This document shows, piece by piece, positions 26,353 to 37,051 of a DNA stretch of 64,000 nucleotides. Below the pieces are notes generated by a model. The model was given only the letters and a program-made list of their open reading frames with translations. It searched no databases and had not been told where the DNA came from. The stretch spans positions 1,981,836 to 2,045,835 of the forward strand of contig NW_002060949.1 in assembly GCF_000150275.1 (NCBI RefSeq), given 5' to 3'. Each line of letters starts with the position of its first letter. Position 1 is the stretch's first letter. The position numbers and the translations under genes were made by a program. The stretch comes from Trichoplax adhaerens. Its lineage: Eukaryota; Animalia; Placozoa.

Positions 26353-26366
26353 GTTTCCATGGCAAC
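26353..26366. promoter_or_regulatory. RFX X-box
   Basis: GTTTCCATGGCAAC matches the GTTNCCATGGNAAC consensus and lies about 210 bp upstream of the CCDC178-like ATG. Confidence 0.7.
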
Positions 26367-29300
26367 CAAATAATAGAATAGTGAATCATAGTCTGTCGCA
26401 ATTTGCGTCTATACATGCGGGCAGTAGCATAGATTTTAGGTACATTAGGGCGCCTTACTCGTAAATGAGTATTAATAACTGTAGTTACTTCTGGATATGT
26501 TTGCGTATATTAATTATGCTTAACCTATCAAGTACAAAGGATTGGCCATTTATTGAAATACTCAAGGCAGTCAGCTACAAGCTTACGAGGAATGCCTAGG
26601 CATTCGTATGGTACGAATGGTACAAATGTGCTATATTATCCCTCTTGCTGTCAATACAGTGTTTTGTTTCGTATATACCGTACTACTCTATTATATAACA
26701 ATATCATAGGGTAAATAGGGGAGAATGAGTTTATATCATATCAAGTGATGGCTTAGGGATTACGTGTATGTACTGCCTAATTATTGCATCTTAAACCGAA
26801 CGGATGGTCACTAAGAGTTTTTCGCAATTGCCCGTAAAAATGTAAATATATTAACATAATAAAACATGTACACTATACCAATCATTGCTTATACTTACTG
26901 CTATCTTACTGAAATTTACCCTGCCAGAAGTAAGCATAACTTACGATTGATGATATGATGATCAATAAATCCTAATACTAATACTTTCTTGATATACAAC
27001 TATTTAATATAGCATAGTAGTTGCTAATTTATTCATTTAAAACTCACTAAAAATTACGATCGAATTTGAATATAATGCCGTACCGTATATTAATACTAAT
27101 GCATGATGGCTTATGCTATATGCCATGCGTGCTATATACAATGTTATATACGTGATGCATCATATTCCTGTATATTAGTGCTTACGCATTGTTTATGTGA
27201 TAATTCATAATTGTAAGCCACTAATCAGGAAATAGTCGGTAATGAATATAAAGTTGGCATATGGAATACACAATGCATATTATACATACACTTGTCGGCT
27301 TCCTTATATAAGCAATACGAATTGTAATCCTTAATTAATTACTGTAAATTATTTATTCGAAAGTTTCTTAGCCTAACACGTACAACAAGCAATTAAATTA
27401 TATGCATTATCCTATGCGATAAGAAAATGTGAGATATACGCCCAGTCGGTTTTAAGTCTGTCATTTTACAAGCAATACCTCTTAAACCAGCTATGGTTAA
27501 ATTCGAAGAATATAGCAAACCTGGTATAGATCCAAGAAATCAGTATCCGCAAATGCTCTTATATTATCTAAATAATCAATTTGATATTTGATAACTAGAA
27601 ATATTTTCTTTTAGTCACAATAAAGTTATATATAATTGCTCCATGTAATATTTCTATCTATCCAATTTGCCTTGTACAGTGTATTACAATTATTGCGGAT
27701 AATATAATCAGAGTTTTAGTCTATAATGTACTATTGATTTGAGGCACTTTAAGCAGAAATACAAACAAGCAGGATATGAAATATTAGTACTTTATTTTGT
27801 TAAGTTTTATACAATGCAGTTAAGCAATTGCGTTGAAGCTTTTCGATACTGAATATCTGAACATAAATTTGTGATGTCATGCTTATAAACTGTTTCATAG
27901 CGTGGCATTAATTAATAGTTATATAGTGGTCATCTCTGACCACGATAAACAAAACTTCTATGATAACGATATTTTAATGAAGAAACAATAAAGTAATTAA
28001 TTCTAAAATTGTATTTGAAAATCTTTAATTAGTAACTTAATTGCTGAATTTAGATAAAAACCATAACAAACAAAAGCATTTTAGACTAAATATAAATTTC
28101 TGTAAGGAGTAAATCTATCATTTAAGTTAATACATTCAAGCCTTTTCAAATCTTCAGAGCCAACAAATACTAGGGAAATCTTATAATTAAAGTCTGTTGT
28201 GTTAATCTAGCATTTACTACATAAATATGATACAATGCTGAAATTTATTTGAGGAAACATTATTCTTCAAGTAACGTAGAACAAACCTTACGTATATAAA
28301 TATCTATGGTAGGTGTTGATGATGATCAATTACGCATAATATCATGCGAAATGAACATTTTGGAAAATTTACAGCCTTTATGAAAGCGACATTGTTCTAA
28401 GTAAGTATTCTGACGATATAATCTCTACATTGAATCTAGTAATCATATAGCATATTCAATATTGTAAGGTTTTAATAGAAATAAAGTTAGGATGATAATG
28501 TTAAGCTCGCATCGGGAGTTTCATTCAATATTTATACCGGGCATACCGAAATGGTCTGTCATAATTACTAATAGTTGGACCTACACCGTTATACTTCATA
28601 CTGTATGTGCTTGTACTTTTACTTTACAATTCAATCATACAAACATTTTATTAAATACTAGCGATAAATAACTCAGAGTAATGTAAATTCCCCGGTCGCG
28701 ACTGCCTGAAATATTATATAGGTAATTATGTTTTTAAATCTTACGGTTTATCGTGTCCGATTAACGAATAGGCAACCACTATTATAACAATAAATCGTTT
28801 AATTAAATATACTGGGTGTTATCGAACATAGTTTGCTAGTCGTCAAAAGTTGTTACGTTAACGTTACAGATATGCTAATGAAGATCATCTAATAAGCTTT
28901 AAGATTCCATGTTATAATGCATAAATAGGCGATCTGCTTAACATGATAATGATTCAATATTGACAAACTGTTTGTTTACAGGAATAAATAGTGATTGATA
29001 ATTGTCAATCATAATACACCATCGCATTTACTGGTTGCTAATATTAACTACTCTCTTTATTGTCCTAAAAGCATTGTTTTATTACCTTCATGATGGATCT
29101 ATATTAAGTTTTGGTAGCAACCACTTTATTTTGTCGTAATATTATTGGTCTTAGATACAAAGGTGGACTGAAAAAAAGTAACATGGCCAACGTTCCCGAT
29201 TAGTCGTTCGACTTTTAAATGAAGGCTTATCATTAATATAAAGTACATTATCTGGATTTTATTGCTTGACCTACGTTATAAGCTAAAGGACTGATCTTTC

Positions 29301-29952
29301 TTTTTTTACCTTGACACTCATTTAATAAAGTAAGTAATTCTATTTAATAATTAATTAATTAGTTTACGTGATGATTTTGATAGCTTTCTTTGTAACAACA
29401 GTGGCCTGATTAAATGATATCGTTAAAGTCACGATATGTGATCTTGTTTGTAAATGTCACCACTTAGATCGCCTTTTACTATTATTTTTCTACCTAATAA
29501 AATTTAAATGTACCTACTTTATAAGTTATGAGCAATCAATTGTCATGACTGTACTCTACTTCACCATGATGGCACCGAGTGAGCCGGAAGTTAAATTTTT
29601 TAATAGGATATCTTACTCGTAGTCTTGATTCGACAACGAAATAATTTGCATTACTTCGTAGCTATGTTTACAGCAAACAATTAATTTATCCAATATGATA
29701 GTCCATCGTAAAAGTCTAATTGATTTTTACAATCATAAAAAGTGGGTGACAGTTTTAATATATTAGTTTTCAATAACACAAAAGATTATCTATTAATTTA
29801 ACCAGAAAAAACATTACCAATAATTTGATGAAATATGGTGTTACAGGCAGATTAAATAATTGTTTTATGTTATGGATCATATCTAAACGATTAGCAATCA
29901 TTTAAAATCACTATGGATTCATGGTTTAATTTCCAATCTATTCTTATAGATT

Positions 29953-30744
29953 ATGAGCGAAAATATGGTGAATTCCTCATTTGACAGAAGATCATCATTA
30001 GCTCCACGTAAAAGTATAGTCTTAGATACAACATCTCCAGAAAAACAGCAACAAATTTATTACGTCTACCAAGATCAAAAATATATCTATAATATTAGTA
30101 AAGATACACAAGATAATAACCAAAATCATCCAGCTGCTGAACAATATTTCAATAGTCTTAATTATAAAAATGTTAAGGATAAAGCTCAAGCGAAAAGGAT
30201 ACAGATGGAAGAGATCGATGACGAAACATTAATCTTGAAACGTGCTCTACTAATTAAACAACATGCGGCCATATTAAAACGTAATACCAACAAACGTCGG
30301 ACTCAAGAATGGCTCAAAGAGGAAGAAAATCATGAAACGAAGTTTATTACATCGAATAAGGTTCAACATGTACCTAGTGGCCATCGTAATGGAGTTTATC
30401 AATCTATTCCTAGCTTAAAACAGCCAGAATGGCCAGGCGAAAGTTCATTAGAGGTCTTATGGAATAGAAGTTCCCGTCAATTAAGCAATTCATTAAATCG
30501 TCGTTCTAAAAGTGGCACCCGAACTCGCCCATCATTAGCACCGGAGTTTCAACGATCCAGACACGATAGTTATCCGCTATTACCATCGACTACTACGTTA
30601 ACTAATCAATTTTCCTTACCCAATCTTCAAAATCCCTACTGGCAATTAGGAAGCCCAAGTAAAGTACGTCACTTTTGCGGTACAAATCTATCATTTCCGG
30701 CATCTCGTATATCAGGTAGAAAAATTCATTCCGCGTATCAATAA
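29953..30744 (+). CDS. Uncharacterised 263-aa protein, single coding exon, mostly low-complexity/disordered
   Basis: A 792-nt open frame in very AT-rich DNA, with the ATG just after a TTCTTATAG acceptor. It has a central charged helix and a Ser/Arg/Pro-rich C-terminal half. No family recognised. Confidence 0.65.
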   Translation: MSENMVNSSFDRRSSLAPRKSIVLDTTSPEKQQQIYYVYQDQKYIYNISKDTQDNNQNHPAAEQYFNSLNYKNVKDKAQAKRIQMEEIDDETLILKRALLIKQHAAILKRNTNKRRTQEWLKEEENHETKFITSNKVQHVPSGHRNGVYQSIPSLKQPEWPGESSLEVLWNRSSRQLSNSLNRRSKSGTRTRPSLAPEFQRSRHDSYPLLPSTTTLTNQFSLPNLQNPYWQLGSPSKVRHFCGTNLSFPASRISGRKIHSAYQ

Positions 30745-32699
30745 GTGCCAAACATTAAAGTACTACATTATTAAATCGATGGAGAATATCCCGAAAATGG
30801 CGCATTATCTCCAAATTTAATAGGTCAGATTGTAATAGTATCCGTGTCAAATGCGATACTAATGAAAATACTGACAAGACAATGTTTGTAAATTTATATA
30901 AATCATAAATCATCTACGCTATATGCCCATAGATCCTGATGTTGACTACAAATTAGTAACGATGTATCACAGAAATTTTTAGACATCGGGTTTCCATAAA
31001 TTCTAGTTTTTCGATTGTTTTATCATGAAACTACCGTATATAAATTCATGAAATCGTATCATTCAGATTGATCTGAACTTGGGTAATTTCACTACTCTTA
31101 ATTCAACATATACTAAATATTTTCTTAACTACGTAAGAAAATTTCCTAAACCTTACTATTGCAAAATAGTGCTACTCTTTAAAATATCTTTTACTGTTTA
31201 CATCAGTAATTATAGAATCATCTTTAAAACTACAATTCGAAGACACAATTTACTTAACGATAAAATGAATATTTCTTGAGCCTGCTATTGACGGCAAGCC
31301 TAATTGAAAGCGTCTGTTATGCTTACAAAAATTTTAAACTACTGGACTCCAATTCGATAATACTTTAATTTTATAGTGCTACTAGATGCGTTAATTTGGA
31401 TAGACTTAAACGTGCAAATAACCGTAACATTAGGCTATATTTTAGAGAGGTACATTATAGATTTAGAAAGTTTATGCTCTAATAGCTTATTTATCAACTC
31501 TGCTATTATTAATTGCAACAATGGCGATTAAAATCTGTATAACGAATAACTTCCCCTATTCTATAGCTACGATTTGCCCTAATGTATATCGGGGAAGATT
31601 AGAGTAAAATTGTAGAAATAATGAGAAACGTTCTCCTAAAAATTAAAATTAATTGCTATATCGATTTATTCAAGTAAATTTACAAAATATTCTACAAATA
31701 AAATAATTAAGGTGTTGACCTATTTGTTATTGGAAATAGTTTATTGTCCTTCTAATTCTCAATTTTCGTAGCTATTGTACCTACTCTTAATATCTTAGGT
31801 TTTATCCTTAGGAGAGCGCTGTTTTATCTATATCATGTCGATTACTCCTATCATTACAAAATATTAAAGACTGAATATTATATTATTTTTACGGCAGCGT
31901 AGCATTAATAACAATTTTTTGACTGTATAGAATGCTAGCTGATATGTTAAATTGAATTTTTATCGAAATTGTTTACTTTTGATGTTGACTTATTCATCGG
32001 AATGAATAAAAATTGTTATATAAAATTTGGTAAATTTGATAGCTTCTGCCAATTCGATCTTTATTACTTTAGTATATTAGCATACCTATTTCTGTAACTA
32101 ACACGTTTTATACAGTAATGAGAACCTTCGATGCTAAATAGGCTTGAATGGACTTAATAAATTCCATGTTCATTCATATTATATTTTACTGCAAACGAAT
32201 ACTACCATATTTATTTTCTCCTGAATAATTTTATTTTCTGAGACTCGCCTGCCTACAATAGATACCGTAATCCTGCCTGTTGCATAATCTCCTATCAAAT
32301 TTAGTGTTAGAAGTAATTATTTCTATACTTTTGCCTTTATTTGAAAATTCTATTGGACTTTACTAAAATTAGCCTTAAAAATCCAATCAAATCTATTGCT
32401 ACAAGTAATTATTGATAAACACGTACCTTTACCATTACTAGGAAATTTTAATTGACTTTATTCCTATACCAGATATTACATAATGTTGATGCCGTGGCTT
32501 CAAATACATATATTCTCATTTATTAGCCTCAAACAGATTTTAAAAAGTACCGTTAAGGTAAATGCTCTATTCAACTTTGGATAGAGTATAGGAAATGTTC
32601 GTTTATCAAATCGTCAAATAAGTAGATTCGACTTTAGTTAAGCTCCGAGAAAAAATTCTTGCAACGATTCGCTTACAGTACATACTGAGCGAAGATTAG

Positions 32700-33230
32700 C
32701 TAGTAACATTAGAAGGTGGTGACAGACACTACGATTTGAGTCTTACTATTGCATTACTATATTTTAGAATTAACAAGATCTTAACTACATTTGATATTGG
32801 AATGTCAGTTAAGCAACTACGAAACTAGCTCAGAATCAGTCTTTTCGTTGGAGGTGGGCTCCTCCTGTTATGTGCAGGCGGTTTGATATGCTGCTATCGA
32901 TTTCACAGACTGAAAAGGAAACGAATGTATGAGATCACGTCTGACATTAGTGATGGCGTAAGCTCTCAAGATGCAAATCGTGATAATAATCAATCCGAGT
33001 CATTTAATCCTGGTAACCAGCAACAGCAATCAATACAACAAGTCGATCTTGCCAAATTGTCTTCTTGGTATAATAGCAAAATAATACAATTTTTAACGAC
33101 TAATAGGTCATCAATTTGCTGCAACATCGGGACAATACTGTATAAGCCCTTACTTCTAGATGAAACTTGCAATAATATAATGGAAGAGATATTAATGAAG
33201 GAAGCCGTTCATTTATTTTATTTTTGGTGA
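32700..33230 (+). pseudogene. Fragment of a single-pass membrane protein (TM + cytoplasmic tail) with an in-frame TAG, possibly the relic of an LRR-type receptor
   Basis: The frame reads ...GMSVKQLRN*LRISLFVGGGLLLLCAGGLICCYRFHRLKRKRMYE..., a hydrophobic helix followed by a basic stop-transfer cluster. TAG is at 32826-32828. Stop-riddled LRR-like snippets lie upstream. Confidence 0.35.
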
Positions 33231-34859
33231 TATTCTAGTACTATTTTATAAGCTTTTACTTCTATATGAAACTTCTGATAGTATAATGAACGTCAAAATG
33301 AGTAATTAAATAAGAAATTAATTTACGATATCTCTATACACAAGATATTGTAGAACTAGCGCCATTACTACACTTAGTAATCACTACATTTCCTATAACA
33401 ACATTAGAAGCGCTATAATTAGAACATCAGTAAACGTGTAGCAACATAATCCAGCAGGAGAATCTTTTTCGCATTGCCCATACATTAAAGTCTATAGGAA
33501 AAGAGAAAAGTATAATTCTGTTAATAGATATTAATTAAATTTTAAATTGCGTTACTCTAATTCCTTAAAAATAATTGGTCCTGATATTGACCCATTTGCC
33601 TATAGCCAATTTTTAGATTAGGTAATGATGGCATTTATATCTAGATAAAGCATCAGGTTATTAATTTACAAACTTCAGATACAGTTTCAATGTCTTAATC
33701 ATATTAGATAATTAGCAGTTACAGTATCAATAAATAAAAGGGTAAGCTGGTATTATAAAATTTTAAAATTTTTTAAATTTTTATTCTTAATGATTTTATA
33801 GAATCGAAAGCTTCTCCTCTGTCTTATACGAACGCTATTGAAATAAAGGATTAAGACTGCAACTAAAATTAGGATACGAAGTCAAAGTATCACTCTAGCG
33901 ATTATGATCATCATATAAAGAATTGGTAGTACTACGACCATTACAACTAACTGCTAAGAATTAGTCAGTATCAGCTATATTTTAGCCTTTATTTAGAGCT
34001 ATTCATTTTGTTATAAGCGTATTAGCTTAAGATTGAAAGATCATGTCAGAAGCGTAAATGGCAGTAGAGTATTTAATTATTTGATTCTTTAAAGAACCTT
34101 ATCCCTGTCTTCCTTCATATTCAGTAGCATTAGTAAATCAACTGAAGCGTTGAATAGTTAATTTTTAAGCAAATTTTGTCAATTTTTAAATCACATATAT
34201 ATTAAAATTTAGCTGATGTCAGTTTAATGAGCTAAGCTACGAAATAGAGTTAAATGAGCTTGGTAGTATAATTTCATTCAGTATGGTTTTAATTTCAGGC
34301 TATCGGATCGTAATATCAGCAGCAATGATTAAATAGATTTAAATTACTAAGTGCTGACATTATTGAAATGATTTAGACAAAACACATTAAGCTGCTTAAA
34401 ATTGGAACATAATTGGAAATATGTCGCTATCATCGTAGCGAGCTTGAGAACTTTGTTTCCTTTGGATTTTGACAGATATACACTACACGTATGTAAATGT
34501 CTAGCTGTACGACTTTGTAAAGTAGAGCTCTAGCTACTACCCAGCAACTGGAATAAGAACAAGTAAACTACCAGAAGTAGAACAATTTGTTCATATTGAT
34601 TCACATTACTGACCGGCATGAACTAAAACCAAAGCATCATTCCTGCTCACGAGTAGCCGCGTTACTCACTATAACATTAGCCAGTTTCATTTACGAAATT
34701 AGCGATTTCAATTTGTCTTGTATCGTATGTTAAATTAGGAGTGTTGCATTGAAAATGTTATTCCTTCTTTTCATCCTCGTAATTTAAATAATTATTAACC
34801 TCGATAAAAGAGAACTATTACTTACAACTTAATGCCAGGGATGCTCATATTCATCTTCG

Positions 34860-35319
34860 TTACGGAGTTGATAAATCCTTCTGCTGGCATAAGTTATCCA
34901 CACATACCAAATTTAAATCCGGGCAACATTCCTTATTCGATTTGCAGGTTTTATTTTCCAATTTGTGACACATATGTTCCCTGTATAACTGTAATACATA
35001 ACCAGGATGAGGAATAAATCTTCAAATAGTAACTGCTTTGTAGGTAAAATTTTATGCGATAATTTAGGACGGTATACGTATGCTGCTGAAATCTGTATCC
35101 AATTCATACTTCAATTAGAAATTTCAAAAGTGATTCAATAGTAATGTGTAATCATAAAAAATGTCATTTATCAATGTGGCATTAGAATCTGACCTTTCTT
35201 TCTTCTTTAAGACCTTCTAAAACTTTGTCAATGTCTTCTTGAGATCTCGATATTCGACAATTAGCTGATCTTAAAATTAAGAAAAAGAAGAGGAATACGA
35301 TAAAGATTTGGTTTCTCAT
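34860..35319 (-). CDS. Secreted ICK/knottin-like prepropeptide (84 aa, or 89 aa with a micro-exon); exons 35319-35194, optional 35092-35078, 34988-34860
   Basis: Exon 1 encodes MRNQIFIVFLFFFLILRSANCRISRSQEDIDKVLEGLKEERK, followed by the phase-0 donor AAG|GTCAGA. The phase-0 acceptor TTACAG| at 34989 opens LYREHMCHKLENKTCKSNKECCPDLNLVCVDNLCQQKDLSTP*, with Cys spacing C-x7-C-x5-CC-x6-C-x4-C. Confidence 0.78.
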
Positions 35320-35396
35320 GACTTTTTTTTAATCTTTTGTCAGCCCTTTCGCAATCGATATGATCAATGTATCAACGGATGCAACTAAACTCTTAG

Positions 35397-35405
35397 CTTT
35401 ATATA
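35397..35405 (-). promoter_or_regulatory. Candidate TATA box of the knottin-like gene
   Basis: TATATAAAG on the minus strand, about 80 nt upstream of the ATG at 35319. Confidence 0.45.
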
Positions 35406-37051
35406 ATACCGTACCTTCTTTAATAGCGTGTGCTTCTTGTGTCAGCCTGCTTCAAACAGGGGCCCTACATAGATAGACAGTTTATGAGGCGTAATTGATG
35501 AAAAGGTTAAATTTGGATGTTGCTTGAAAGTCCAAATCTATGCATTATTCGTATTAGGCTGTTGAGTCAGTCTGCTATTCACTACTGACGTAGTAAGCGC
35601 TCGCTTTTACATTTTTTGCTTTAAAATAATCAATTTGTAAAATTGTTTAACAGCGAAATGCCTAACAATCATAGGCGAGGAAATGAGAATTTTTATTACA
35701 TGAGATTTAAGTTTACTGCATGGTCGTTGTCATCGTGAAGTCGTAAATTTAACATAATAGTTCGCAATATTAATATTTGTAACTTGATTTTGCTGAATTC
35801 CACCGTAAGTAATAGTAGTTCTTTGTCGCCAGTATTTACGGAAATGCCTGTAAAGTTTGCCTTACACTATGCTATATTAAGCTGTAGTCCTCTTCTTTCA
35901 TGCTTGATAGCAAAGTAATCTTAACAACTGGACTATGTGGCACAATAACTAGCATTACTGTAGCTATCATGCTCTTAAGCTATACTACGACCTCTTTTAA
36001 CTCAAAATTTTCATTTATCTGGTGTCTATGCGAGACTCGGTAGTTTTCCTTTAGCTATATTCTTTTGCTGGTCGAAGTAGAAATAGTACATAGTTTATTC
36101 TTTTGTAATGATACAAAATAACGATTATGCACGTATATAAAAAATGGAAGTACTATATTCTATTTTATAAATGCATTAACGGGTGAAGAACAGTCGTTAC
36201 CGAGCAAAGGAAACGATAGATCGATAAATTGAGGGTCACCAATATTCGATTTACCTCCCGCTTTTAGCTAGCTTCAATAATTCTTTTATTTTGGCTTCTT
36301 ATGACCTTCAATTCAGTAATGATTTAATGTTATGGATTCGCTAATGTAGTCGCAATGTAGTCATACCTTGAGGGTAACAAACTCACGCTGTTATGCGTTA
36401 TTATGGTCTTAATAACAGAAGCTAATCAAGAAAATATTACGCTGAACTCGTACTTTAAAATCCGTAGGGAAAATTCAAGAAAAAATGTTATCCTTATGAA
36501 TTGTGGTTTTGTATGGCATTATTTATTCTTTTCGTATACAATTATACTCTCTGCCTTATATGAGCTATAGAGCAGTAAACTGCACCAAAACGTACTACAA
36601 ACATCCTGCCGTATTCAGTGCTATCGCAAGCCACATTATTCATTCTTGGATCAAAAATCTTCAGTGGCATATTATGATTCATACGTATAGTGACACATTA
36701 CACTACATATTGTAAATTCGTGAGCTAGCCTATGATACCTATTTAATTGTAAAGCCTAACCAGTTAATGGTTGCTGTGATATCTACAATGAAAGCTGACA
36801 ACACCGGAGATTAATTTAAAGACTAATAAATGACATTTATTGCTTTTATTCATAAAGTCGAATTAATGCGTTACTACCTCGCCCTAACTAACATTTAAAC
36901 AGTTCAAGACTGCAATATCTGTACAAAATTTCAACTGTTTAGAGCGCTAACTTCAGTTTCTTTTTAGTAACAGAATTACAAAGAGTTAGCATTTTCAGTA
37001 ATCTCAGAATATGTAATAAAAAACTAACAATTTATCCAGTGAATGATAACT

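Noticed and set aside
34832-35107. ORF-track entries 34832-35017 (+) and 34913-35107 (-)
   Set aside because: They are the antisense and an alternative frame of the knottin last exon; the six-Cys frame fits the splice phase and precursor logic better.
35415-35464. Apparent minus-strand exon with in-frame TGA (possible selenocysteine)
   Set aside because: All three frames contain stops, there is no selenoprotein motif or SECIS evident, and it lies upstream of the knottin TATA box and ATG.
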